DNA of 64,000 nucleotides from Candidatus Babeliales bacterium. Its GTDB lineage: Bacteria > Babelota > Babeliae > Babelales > JBFXEV01. The stretch's first letter is position 1, and the number at the start of each line of letters is the position of its first letter. The DNA is taken from assembly GCA_050179755.1 (NCBI GenBank), contig JBFXEV010000001.1, forward strand, positions 1,225,994-1,289,993, given 5' to 3'. Made by a program: the position numbers and the translations under genes. The notes under the pieces were generated by a model. It worked only from the letters and a program-made list of their open reading frames with translations, made no database searches and was not told the origin of the DNA. Below, in pieces: positions 10,121-19,269 of this stretch.

Positions 10121-10270
10121 ATGAGCATGTTATCATTTTTACAACGAGCAATTATGTATTGCTTATTTTTTGTTACTATTGTAGGAGCCATGTATTTATA
10201 TGCGATCGATGGCGATATTGTGCAAGAGAGTGGGCCCTATGCTATTGATTTAGTGGTTGATTTTGGGTAG
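10121..10270 (+). CDS. Small 49-aa membrane or secreted protein (below ORF-track cutoff)
   Basis: MSMLSFLQRAIMYCLFFVTIVGAMYLYAIDGDIVQESGPYAIDLVVDFG*; AGAGG just upstream; hydrophobic N-half. Confidence 0.55.
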   Translation: MSMLSFLQRAIMYCLFFVTIVGAMYLYAIDGDIVQESGPYAIDLVVDFG

Positions 10271-11593
10271 CTCTAGTTATCTGTTTATCACTAGGAAACG
10301 GCACGTATAACGGCTGGTTGCCTGTTTTTAAAAAATAATCTTTTCATTCAAGCCACTGCACCATGATATGGTTTTCTTGCCAACGGGAACTTAAGTGCTG
10401 ATCGATTAACAAAAAGATTCTAAACTATCAAAACTGTTGCATTCCTTTTTTGCTTTACAGTATCTTAAAAATAAATGGATGCGTAAACCCCAAAATAGGA
10501 GGGTCGCCAAATGAAGAATATGAACTGTGCCTATGCAAACACTATAGATCGTGAACATACAAGTATGTCCGCAGCGGTCTATCGCCGTGTTCCTAAGTTA
10601 TTAACTGATTTAGATATATTAGATTTAAATGATACGTTGCTGTGTAATGGTATTCATTATTTAAAAGTACAAGATATTGAGCATGGCAGGCAAGTATTAG
10701 AGGCGTGTTTATCATCTCTCCATTATTATCATTCTATTGGATGCTTAACGTTATTCAATACGCCGCATGCTATGTCTGTTGATGATATTTTTAATGATCT
10801 ATCTCATTCAGGTTCGCTTGATAGGCCCGATGCTTTGGCTAATTACTTTTTTGATCAATTTGACTATGACTTTATGTGGATTGAATTGACTGCATTATAT
10901 GCGATCGATGGCGATATTGTGCAAGAGAGTGGGCCCTATGCTATTGATTTAGTGGTTGATTTTGGGTAGCTCTAGTTATCTGTTTATCACTAGGAAACGG
11001 CACGTATAACGGCTGGTTGCCTGTTTTTAAAAAATAATCTTTTCATTCAAGCCACTGCACCATGATATGGTTTTCTTGCCAACGGGAACTTAAGTGCTGA
11101 TCGATTAACAAAAAGATTCTAAACTATCAAAACTGTTGCATTCCTTTTTTGCTTTACAGTATCTTAAAAATAAATGGATGCGTAAACCCCAAAATAGGAG
11201 GGTCGCCAAATGAAGAATATGAACTGTGCCTATGCAAACACTATAGATCGTGAACATACAAGTATGTCCGCAGCGGTCTATCGCCGTGTTCCTAAGTTAT
11301 TAACTGATTTAGATATATTAGATTTAAATGATACGTTGCTGTGTAATGGTATTCATTATTTAAAAGTACAAGATATTGAGCATGGCAGGCAAGTATTAGA
11401 GGCGTGTTTATCATCTCTCCATTATTATCATTCTATTGGATGCTTAACGTTATTCAATACGCCGCATGCTATGTCTGTTGATGATATTTTTAATGATCTA
11501 TCTCATTCAGGTTCGCTTGATAGGCCCGATGCTTTGGCTAATTACTTTTTTGATCAATTTGACTATGACTTTATGTGGATTGAATTGACTGCA
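10196..11593. repeat. 699-bp direct tandem duplication (10196-10894 / 10895-11593)
   Basis: Both copies start TTATATGCGATCGATGGC and end GAATTGACTGCA; no differences seen by eye; duplicated ORF starts 10511 and 11210 are 699 apart. Confidence 0.95.
10511..10969 (+). CDS. Chimeric copy of the 11210 hypothetical protein, created by the duplication junction
   Basis: First 128 aa identical to 11210..11695; last 24 aa (LYAIDG..DFG) come from ORF 10121..10270. Confidence 0.6.
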   Translation: MKNMNCAYANTIDREHTSMSAAVYRRVPKLLTDLDILDLNDTLLCNGIHYLKVQDIEHGRQVLEACLSSLHYYHSIGCLTLFNTPHAMSVDDIFNDLSHSGSLDRPDALANYFFDQFDYDFMWIELTALYAIDGDIVQESGPYAIDLVVDFG

Positions 11594-11695
11594 TCATTAA
11601 GTAGCTTACAATGGTACCAATCTTTTTCCCGTCAAATGAAAGCAAGCGGCGTTGCTGACCGTATGCCGATTGTTAAATTGCTGTATGAAGGCTGA
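11210..11695 (+). CDS. Hypothetical protein (intact copy)
   Basis: 161-aa ORF with SD AGGAGG and upstream TTGCAT-18-TATCTT promoter-like motif. Confidence 0.8.
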   Translation: MKNMNCAYANTIDREHTSMSAAVYRRVPKLLTDLDILDLNDTLLCNGIHYLKVQDIEHGRQVLEACLSSLHYYHSIGCLTLFNTPHAMSVDDIFNDLSHSGSLDRPDALANYFFDQFDYDFMWIELTASLSSLQWYQSFSRQMKASGVADRMPIVKLLYEG

Positions 11696-11821
11696 GGGGC
11701 GGCTTTGGAGCAAGCATAGCTTAAAAATCTGATAATAACTATTATGTAAACACGCAATGCTTTGCGGTGCACTATCGTGCGAGTCGAAGGACGAAGCACT
11801 GGCATCTCTCATCTCGCGCTT

Positions 11822-11848
11822 GTCCGCCGAAGTTTTAACGTAGGCTGG
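11822..11848. repeat. REP-like short palindrome (GTCCGCCGAAG...GTAGGCTGG)
   Basis: Similar to GTCCGCCGTAGCCTTGGCGAAGGA at 37477-37500. Confidence 0.55.
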
Positions 11849-11909
11849 GAGTGTTTTTCGAGCCATTTAGGCGAATTATCGTAGAAGATTCACTGATCAT
11901 TTACATGCC

Positions 11910-12210
11910 TTATCACTGGTGCCCTTATGCAGGGCTGCACACGCCTTTTTTGCATGCTCAAAAAAGGGTGCAAAAAAGAGCAAACGGGGACTGCCGTCCC
12001 CATTCCCCCCTGCTATTCTGCTTGGATATTACCCTGCATGTAACGACATTTACATCAGGGCAAGTAAACAAGCAATTATTGTCATAGCTTTCTTAAGTCA
12101 GAGCGGGGGTATAAGCAGGGGGCAGCAAGCCCTCTGGTTTGGCCTTTTGTTTAATATATTTTGGCCACGCAAAATATATCATGCTCGCCGCAGAGGCGCG
12201 AAGCGTAAGC
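11910..12210. mobile_element. Degenerate MITE-like palindromic element (same family as 36994-37401)
   Basis: Left arm CACGCCTTTTTT..AAAAAAGGGTGCAAAAAA matches 37027-37059; TTATCACTGGTGCCCTTATGC is the approximate reverse complement of 37530-37550. Confidence 0.65.
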
Positions 12211-12484
12211 ATTCATACGTGAAAAGCCAAACTTCTATAGTAGTATCAGAGAACGATTTGCGTAATTCATAGTTTCTGAACCAGATGACGTCCAAATTAG
12301 GCCCTAGATTGCACGTTTTTATGGCATTTAAGAGTTTGGCCCTTGGGCATTAGATTTTTAAAGCTATTTTGGCCATGTTAATAAGCAATTTTTTTTGAAA
12401 CCCCAAAAATAAGCCTCCATTTTGGATTTCTTACATTATTCTTATATTTATCAGTAGCTTTTTTCTATTTTAGTTTATTCGTTC

Positions 12485-12676
12485 TTAAGTAAAGTAATAG
12501 GAAGACAATGTGCCAAAATTGCTACGACTTTCATCACTTTCTTTCACAATCAGGTCAGTAATAGCGCGTTCAAAATTATCTCTTTCAGGCGACCATGATG
12601 GTTTAAAGAATTCCATAGTATGAATTGGTTGAAAGCATAAAATGCTTACATTTATTGCTAAGATACATTTTTTCAT
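12485..12676 (-). pseudogene. Probable truncated secreted-protein gene
   Basis: Signal peptide MKKCILAINVSILCFQPIHT|ME then early stop; downstream frames broken; lies next to the MITE-like element. Confidence 0.45.
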
Positions 12677-12677
12677 A

Positions 12678-13817
12678 TTAATCCAATTCTTTTTCTAAAA
12701 TTTCAAGATATGGCGTAAAACTATATAACTTATTTCTGCTATATTTAGTTTGCTTGGTAAGCCAACCAAGTTCAATAAAGACCTTAATAATATTATGAGC
12801 AGTATTATAATTCTTTCCCATTAAGTCGGCCAAATGACCAATTGAAATTACAGGATATTCAAACAATTGTTCAAGTGCCAGAGCAGCTGTATCTCGCTTA
12901 CGCGCAAACAATGAATTTTCTTGAACAATCACATGTAACTGTTGATACAGTTTTTCTATTTCTTTGGCGCGAAGATAAGCATCACGGCTACTTTCTTCTA
13001 TCGCTGTCAAATAAAATAATACCCAGCCTTCAAAATCACCCTGCGTGCGTACGCTATCAAGATGTTTATAATATGCCATTTGATGTTTCTTAAAAAAATA
13101 TGAGGGATATAAAATTGGTGTATGCAGTAAATTATCTTCCATGAACATTAGAACAATGAGCAATCTGCCTATTCTTCCATTGCCATCTAAAAATGGATGA
13201 ATGGTTTCAAACTGCACGTGCGCAAGCCCTGCTTTAATAAGCGGAGAAATTGTGGTAGCGGTTTCAACTTGCTTATTAATAAACTTTTCAAGACTTGCCA
13301 TGAGTTCAGGCACCATGTGTGCTGGGGGTGGTATTAATTGGCCCACACGAACTGATTGCTTTCTAAAGTGACCTGGATTTGCTTTGGAGCTATCACCTAC
13401 GGTCATTAATATTTCATGTGCTCGCAGAATAACTCGATTTACAATAGGCAATCCTTGTTCTTTCATCATTACAAGAGCTGCCTCAAGTGCTTTTGCATAG
13501 TTGAGAACTAGTTGAGTAGGCTTGTTAATTTTTGAACCGCTGAGTGGTTGAGTGTATACATCTAATAGCGTAGTATGAATGCCTTCAATATCTGATGTAA
13601 GCATTGCTTCTTTTATAATATAAGCTTTTAAAAATCTACTACTATTTGGTAAACGCCCTGCCGCTTCATCTAATTTACTTAGCCATTGCAATGCAGCACC
13701 GTAACGTTCGGCAATTTGAGGAGTAAGCTCAAAAGGCGGGTTTTCTGGTGGTAAATCTGCTGGAATAAAGTGATTTATACTACCTAGCTTTTCGTAATAA
13801 CCTGCTTGACGCTTCAT
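12678..13817 (-). CDS. Fic-family AMP-transferase, class II (N-terminal inhibitory helix, C-terminal HTH)
   Basis: Canonical HPFLDGNGRIGR; inhibitory TSDIEG; C-terminal ISIGHLADLMGKNYNTAHNIIKVFIELGWL HTH. Confidence 0.92.
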   Translation of the reverse strand: MKRQAGYYEKLGSINHFIPADLPPENPPFELTPQIAERYGAALQWLSKLDEAAGRLPNSSRFLKAYIIKEAMLTSDIEGIHTTLLDVYTQPLSGSKINKPTQLVLNYAKALEAALVMMKEQGLPIVNRVILRAHEILMTVGDSSKANPGHFRKQSVRVGQLIPPPAHMVPELMASLEKFINKQVETATTISPLIKAGLAHVQFETIHPFLDGNGRIGRLLIVLMFMEDNLLHTPILYPSYFFKKHQMAYYKHLDSVRTQGDFEGWVLFYLTAIEESSRDAYLRAKEIEKLYQQLHVIVQENSLFARKRDTAALALEQLFEYPVISIGHLADLMGKNYNTAHNIIKVFIELGWLTKQTKYSRNKLYSFTPYLEILEKELD

Positions 13818-13853
13818 ATTTTCCTTAAATTTTTTTATATTTAGTAAATTTGC

Positions 13854-13957
13854 TTAGGCTGAAATAGGTGGCTTAAAAGAGCTCCTTGTTTCAATTTCAA
13901 GGCCTAAGCTGAAATAAGGATAGCAAAAAATAGCTCTTATTTCAACTTGGAGCCTAA
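13854..13957. promoter_or_regulatory. Two tandem imperfect palindromes upstream of fic (candidate operators)
   Basis: GCTGAAATAGG..CCTTGTTTCAA (13858-13894) and GCTGAAATAAGG..CTCTTATTTCAA (13908-13945), 50-bp period. Confidence 0.5.
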
Positions 13958-14030
13958 AAAGATAATTTGCAAGGTGATCCATTTATGGTATTCTCATACT
14001 AGATTTTTGTTTTTTATCTTAGGAGTTATC

Positions 14031-14126
14031 ATGACCTCTCTTTCATACTTTCACCAAATAAGTGCCCTGCTCGGTTCTTTTAAAATGCCTCATTCACCTC
14101 TCACTTCTCCTATACTCCCCAGCTAA
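14031..14126 (+). CDS. Putative 31-aa leader peptide or small protein
   Basis: SD AGGAG; MTSLSYFHQISALLGSFKMPHSPLTSPILPS*. Confidence 0.35.
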   Translation: MTSLSYFHQISALLGSFKMPHSPLTSPILPS

Positions 14127-14207
14127 CGTTGGCTAGTTACTTTTAAAAATTTTTAGTATTCATTTTCGAGTTTTAATATAATGCTGTTTAACAGTAAAGG
14201 ATATTGC

Positions 14208-14540
14208 ATGGCAACTATTCAAGATTTTGACAATTTAGACATTCGTGTAGGCAAGATTATCGGCGTAGAAGATTTTCCTGAAGCTCGCAAGCCTGCTTAT
14301 AAATTAACCATCGATTTTGGTGAACAAATTGGCATCAAGCGGTCATCAGCGCAAATAGTGAAGCATTATACCAAAGATGAACTTGTCGGTAAATTAGTAA
14401 TGGGGGTGGTTAATTTCCCGCCACGCCAAATTGGGCCATTTATTTCTGAGGTGCTCACTCTTGGCGTTCCTGATGAAGAAAAAAACGTGGTTCTTGTGCA
14501 ACCTGAGCGTGTAGTGCCAATTGGCGGTAGATTATTTTAA
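14208..14540 (+). CDS. csaA: CsaA/Trbp111 tRNA-binding export chaperone
   Basis: DIRVGKI..VEDFPEARKPAYKL.IDFG..IG.KRSSAQI, VNFPPRQIGPF.SEVLTLG; start placed at ATG 14208 after AAGGA. Confidence 0.93.
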   Translation: MATIQDFDNLDIRVGKIIGVEDFPEARKPAYKLTIDFGEQIGIKRSSAQIVKHYTKDELVGKLVMGVVNFPPRQIGPFISEVLTLGVPDEEKNVVLVQPERVVPIGGRLF

Positions 14541-14558
14541 TTTTTAAGAAAGAATATC

Positions 14559-14930
14559 ATGATTACATTTAATTTAGGATTTCTCACGCTATTTGTTAAA
14601 AATCCTTCTGTTAGTGCTGCCTTTTATAGTAAATTCTTTAATGTACAACCAATTAAACAAGATCCCCTTGGGGTCATGTTTAAATTAGACAATGGTACTA
14701 TTTTATGCCTAATATCGCGTTATACTGCTCAGCCAATGGTACACAATGAGCCAGGCGCTGCAGAAATTTGTTTTGCAGTGGAAAATGTTGATGCTCTCTT
14801 TGACGAATGGGGCAAACAAGGAGTCACTATCGTACAAAAAGTGACAGATATGGATTTTGCAAGAACATTTACCGCGCAAGATCCTGATGGCCATAGAATT
14901 AAACTGTATCAATTATATGCAAAGAAGTAA
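14559..14930 (+). CDS. VOC/glyoxalase-bleomycin resistance family protein
   Basis: LFVKN...SAAFYS, EICFAVENVD, DMDFARTF.A.DPDGHRI. Confidence 0.88.
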   Translation: MITFNLGFLTLFVKNPSVSAAFYSKFFNVQPIKQDPLGVMFKLDNGTILCLISRYTAQPMVHNEPGAAEICFAVENVDALFDEWGKQGVTIVQKVTDMDFARTFTAQDPDGHRIKLYQLYAKK

Positions 14931-14932
14931 TT

Positions 14933-15388
14933 ATGATTAAGTTCCTCTTTTTAAAGAAATTGTGGCTTTTTGTTTTTCATTTATTGCAATTACTTGCAAT
15001 GGGTTTAGATTTTATCTTTTTTCAAGGTTATTGGAGCAAGCGTAAAAAAGAAAATGTCGTTAAGCAATATCAAGCAACGTTAAATCAAGCATGCGTAACT
15101 AAACAACTTGATACAGAAAAATTACCATTTGCAGATACTATCAGCATTATTGAGCCACATACACGGGTTGATGGTAAGCAAGCTGTTATTTCTAAACTTA
15201 AGCAGTTTCTAATGAATGTGCATCGTTTTGAAATTAAAAAGCAATTTTTTAATGAAACTGATGCTTGCACCGTGGTTGAGTGTATAATGTCAATGCCAAA
15301 AGGTTCAGTTCCTATGGTTGAGTGGCTAGAAATAAAAAATGGTAAAATCCAAACCATTCATTGGTATTATGATACGGCCAATTTATAA
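14933..15388 (+). CDS. SnoaL/NTF2-like protein with N-terminal TM segment
   Basis: C-terminal VPMVEWLEIKNGKIQTIHWYYD typical of SnoaL-like folds. Confidence 0.7.
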   Translation: MIKFLFLKKLWLFVFHLLQLLAMGLDFIFFQGYWSKRKKENVVKQYQATLNQACVTKQLDTEKLPFADTISIIEPHTRVDGKQAVISKLKQFLMNVHRFEIKKQFFNETDACTVVECIMSMPKGSVPMVEWLEIKNGKIQTIHWYYDTANL

Positions 15389-15500
15389 ACAATAACTCTT
15401 GACCGCAGCATATGCTATTGAGTAGAGTGATTTTTGAACAATTGTAGTATAAAAATAGTAGGAGAAAGCATGGCAAAATTTATAATTTTAAAATTAGCTG

Positions 15501-16787
15501 TTAAAAACTATTCAAAGTTGTAACATGTGACAATGCAAATGTCAAACGATTTCCCAAAATAGTTTGCACCGTTTTGCCAAATTTAAATGATCGATACGGG
15601 CTAAAACAATCATCATGGTCAGATCTTCCATCAATAAGCGCATCTGCTGCATAACGCCCTAGTGCTGCAGCCCATGGCAGCCCTGCACACGCGCCTACAT
15701 AATACAACGAGTCATCATGAGCATCACGCCCTGCAAGCGGCAAAATATCTTTGCTCACGCCAATAAGGCCGGGCCACATATAATCAAATTGCGTTTTAAC
15801 GCCTGGAAATCGCTTTTTAAAATAATCTGCCAAGCGATTATAGCCGCCCACATTATCATGTTGAGCGTAGCCTGCATACGTGCCAAGCAATGTAGAGCCG
15901 CCAAGCATCAGTCTATTATCGCCAGTCATGCGCCAATAGGTATAAATAAGCGCAGTATCCCAGGCCATCATAGGAGCTTGTGTAAATATATTTTTAACTT
16001 CAGTATCAGTGAGCGGCGCTGAAATCATTAAGAATGTTTGTAATGGAAAAATGTCATAAGTAAGTTTATCAAGCTCAGGCATAAAGCGATCGGTGCAGAG
16101 CACTACATATGTTGCTTTTATCGCGCCGTAAGGCGTAATAACGCGATTTGGTTCAAGCTTGATTGCTGGCGTTTCTTCGTAAATACGTATACCTGCATCT
16201 TGTAGCACCTTTTTTTGCCCTTGCGCGTATCTAAATCCATCAATACCAAATGATTTGCCATAGTGCACGGCGCCATAAAAACCTTGTGCGTTAGTGACAC
16301 GGGTTAATTGATCTTGCTCATAGAGAGTACTATCATATCCGCATGAAAGCCGTGCCTCATGCTCTGCTTTGACCATGGTCTCAAAATCTTTTGATGAACT
16401 TGCAAGTACTAACGTGTCTTCAATGCGATAATCACAATCAATGTTATGGGTCTCTATGTTATTTTTTATGGTATCCACGCCTGTTTGCACAAACTCCCAC
16501 ATGCTTTTTGCTTTTTCTTTACCAAATCTTTCAATAAGCGCATGAAGTGGTATTTCTGAATCGGGCGTTATAAAACCTGAGCTTTTGCCAGTGGCTCCTG
16601 CTCCACAAAAGCTTTTTTCAATTAAAATAACAGAGCAGCCTTTTTCTTTAAATTTTTGTGCCGCGCAAATACCAGCCATTCCGCCACCAACAATAACCAC
16701 ATCGCACTGTGTATCATTTTTTAATTGGTCTATCTCCATAGGTGGTAGATATCTATACACTTGATCAGTAGGAAAACGAGGTGTCAT
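15501..16787 (-). CDS. FAD-dependent oxidoreductase (DAO/PuuB family)
   Basis: DVVIVGGGMAG, GAGATGKSSG, DNRLMLGG, YMWPG. Confidence 0.88.
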   Translation of the reverse strand: MTPRFPTDQVYRYLPPMEIDQLKNDTQCDVVIVGGGMAGICAAQKFKEKGCSVILIEKSFCGAGATGKSSGFITPDSEIPLHALIERFGKEKAKSMWEFVQTGVDTIKNNIETHNIDCDYRIEDTLVLASSSKDFETMVKAEHEARLSCGYDSTLYEQDQLTRVTNAQGFYGAVHYGKSFGIDGFRYAQGQKKVLQDAGIRIYEETPAIKLEPNRVITPYGAIKATYVVLCTDRFMPELDKLTYDIFPLQTFLMISAPLTDTEVKNIFTQAPMMAWDTALIYTYWRMTGDNRLMLGGSTLLGTYAGYAQHDNVGGYNRLADYFKKRFPGVKTQFDYMWPGLIGVSKDILPLAGRDAHDDSLYYVGACAGLPWAAALGRYAADALIDGRSDHDDCFSPYRSFKFGKTVQTILGNRLTFALSHVTTLNSF

Positions 16788-16805
16788 GAAGTATGTCCTT
16801 TTTTT

Positions 16806-17954
16806 TTAAATCGTAAGTTTTGGCATATCTACGCATAATTCCTTATCAGGATGTATCCATACAACAGGAAGCACGTTTTTATCTGCAGTATGTTCTTGCA
16901 ACGTACCACCATACCAACAAGTTGTTTGACCAAAATATATGCCCATGACAGATTGTGGTACATGTGTTACTTGCGTTGTGAACTTTGTTATGAGATTGTG
17001 CATAAATAGTTGTGTGGCAATGGTGCCTCTTATGCAATCAAAGTAATAAATAGTATCACCATGAACTTTTGGTAGAAAAGGCAGTATTGATTCATGTAAA
17101 CGCTCATGCGGATCAAGTAAATAGGCCATTGGCAGTGAAAATGAAAATAAATAAGAGCTTTGCCATGTATCCGTAAGTTTTGTCAAAGCATGATATTCAA
17201 AAATAATAGATAGGTCATGCCGATCAATGCGTGTAGGATGCAGTACATAGAAGCCATGTAATTCATCGCGCATGGTAAGAAATGCAATCGCTTGCTCAGT
17301 GTAAGTGAGTAGTGTTTCAGTGTCATGCGTGGGGCATGTGGTTCGTGCCGTATCTCTATTGAATATGTCTTGAGCGGTAATTTTTTTTGTAGCAGTCAGT
17401 GTAGTTAGATCAACAGTTGTTTGTTTGATAGAGTAGTTGTTACCATGCATGTGTATATAAAATAATTGATTAGTAAGTAAATTTGGATATCTATAATCAG
17501 ATGGCCCATCCACCAATACGTTATAGCACTCCCCTTCCCTATTGATAATATAAATGCCGTAATGTTCTTTTTCTTTTGCGCTTACTATGCAATGCTGCAT
17601 ATCAAACCAGCTCAGAGTAGTAAAATCATAGAGTGGTTCATACAATGGAATAAGTGCGGGTGAACGTTTATGAGAGTAGGCGATTCGTATTGTATCATTA
17701 TCAATAAAACTGAAGCCACTGCCATCAGGCAATAAGGTAATTCCTGCTGGTGTATAACTGGAGAGTAATGCTTTGCGTGCTTCTTGAGTAAGCACGTCCC
17801 ACTCCCATAATTCCACATGATGTACTGACTTTTGATAGATAAGAAGTAATTTTAGTCCTTCTTTTGCTATATGCCCTACGGGATACAAATATTCTGTTGC
17901 ATTCATATGCATAGTACACATGATTAATAAAAAAATGTACCAATGGTATATCAT
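16806..17954 (-). CDS. Exported hypothetical protein, possibly beta-propeller (TolB-like)
   Basis: Signal peptide; beta-rich repeats (LLPDGSGFSFID, YGIYIINREG, DYRYP). Confidence 0.6.
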   Translation of the reverse strand: MIYHWYIFLLIMCTMHMNATEYLYPVGHIAKEGLKLLLIYQKSVHHVELWEWDVLTQEARKALLSSYTPAGITLLPDGSGFSFIDNDTIRIAYSHKRSPALIPLYEPLYDFTTLSWFDMQHCIVSAKEKEHYGIYIINREGECYNVLVDGPSDYRYPNLLTNQLFYIHMHGNNYSIKQTTVDLTTLTATKKITAQDIFNRDTARTTCPTHDTETLLTYTEQAIAFLTMRDELHGFYVLHPTRIDRHDLSIIFEYHALTKLTDTWQSSYLFSFSLPMAYLLDPHERLHESILPFLPKVHGDTIYYFDCIRGTIATQLFMHNLITKFTTQVTHVPQSVMGIYFGQTTCWYGGTLQEHTADKNVLPVVWIHPDKELCVDMPKLTI

Positions 17955-18046
17955 AGCGACCTTTTTTTCAATTATTGTGTCTCCATAAAAAATAGTATAG
18001 CATGCAAATGAAGCACGTATAGTTTGTGATTTGTTAGAAAAGTGGT

Positions 18047-19207
18047 TTATCGTTGAGTAAGATCGTTAATTACTTCATAGCACAAAAGGTGTTTCCCTGT
18101 GTGATTAAGTGCATCAATACAATTTTTTACAAACGTTTGGCAAGGTTCAGGTAACGGAGCCATAAGTTCACGTGCGCGGCGTAAGCGATATGCTGCAATA
18201 AGAGGCGCTACTGTTTGAATATAATCTGCGTATTCGCTCGATGCTGCTGTGCAGCTTGCAAGCTTTGCTTTTCCTAAGTTTTTAAACCAAGTAAATGGGC
18301 AAATTTCAACTAATTGCTCAAGAGCAAGATGGCTATCTTGCACAAAAGGGAAAATTAATCTAAATAGCTTTTCTGAATAGATATCTTCTGGCATATAAGA
18401 AAGAATTTTATGTCGTATACTACGAGGAAGCGTTGGGCAGCATCTATACATGGATAATAATGCAGGAACAATGCATCTTTTACTCACTTCTTTATTAATG
18501 TTGATAAATATAATGGGTAACGAAAATGAAAGTGGTTGAGCATCTTCATCTAGAGGTAATGGCCCTGGCCGCTCATTCCACTGCGCATGCGCAATAAAAT
18601 CAATAATAAGATTATTAATTACCGGTGTTGGTACAGCGGCTTCACGGCTAAAAAACCGCGTAAGATAATACAGCGGTGTGCGTCCGTGTAAAGTGCTTGG
18701 TATATTCTCATGCGCACCATGTGCCAGTAATAACAACATTGCATGAACATGATTTTGATATACGGCAAGGCTGAGTGGCGTCCAGCCATTTTCGTTTTCT
18801 GTATGCACCGGTGCTCCTGCTTCTAAAAGGAGTTTCATAAAAAAAGTATTGCCAAGGGCTGTTGCTGCAATTAATCCATTGCCATAATGGTCATTAGGCG
18901 TAGTGCGCAGAGCACAAAGCCAATAAATAAAATCGGTGGTATCATTTTTGCGAATTGCTTGTTCTAAACTAATTTCTTTTGGGTAATATCTATGATCATT
19001 GAGAATTCGATAGCCAGCTTGAATATCTTTTCTCTCAATTGCCTCATCAAACGCTTTTTGAGCATCAGAGGGAAAACGCTTTTTTTTCTTGGGCAATTTG
19101 CTATCAAGAGCTTGAACAAGTGTGCGTTTTTTTTGATTATCATTATCCATTGGCCAAGCAATGCTTGTGAAGCTGAGCAAGCATAGTAACACCTTGTGTT
19201 TCATCAT
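18047..19207 (-). CDS. Secreted ankyrin protein with NLS and F-box-like motif
   Basis: GWTPLSLAV, GRTPLYY; KKR..PKKKKR; LPRSIRHKILSYM. Confidence 0.85.
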   Translation of the reverse strand: MMKHKVLLCLLSFTSIAWPMDNDNQKKRTLVQALDSKLPKKKKRFPSDAQKAFDEAIERKDIQAGYRILNDHRYYPKEISLEQAIRKNDTTDFIYWLCALRTTPNDHYGNGLIAATALGNTFFMKLLLEAGAPVHTENENGWTPLSLAVYQNHVHAMLLLLAHGAHENIPSTLHGRTPLYYLTRFFSREAAVPTPVINNLIIDFIAHAQWNERPGPLPLDEDAQPLSFSLPIIFININKEVSKRCIVPALLSMYRCCPTLPRSIRHKILSYMPEDIYSEKLFRLIFPFVQDSHLALEQLVEICPFTWFKNLGKAKLASCTAASSEYADYIQTVAPLIAAYRLRRARELMAPLPEPCQTFVKNCIDALNHTGKHLLCYEVINDLTQR

Positions 19208-19269
19208 TACCTTTCAAGCTTACCGCTAGTTTAGCAAATAAAAGGCTATGATGACAAAGGTTACGAATG

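Noticed and set aside
11606..12272. ORFs 11606..11866, 11851..12087 and 11919..12272
   Set aside because: They run through palindromic repeat DNA, lack SD sequences and resemble no protein family.
13858..13945. Mini CRISPR array
   Set aside because: Only two imperfect units with a ~13-nt gap and no cas genes.
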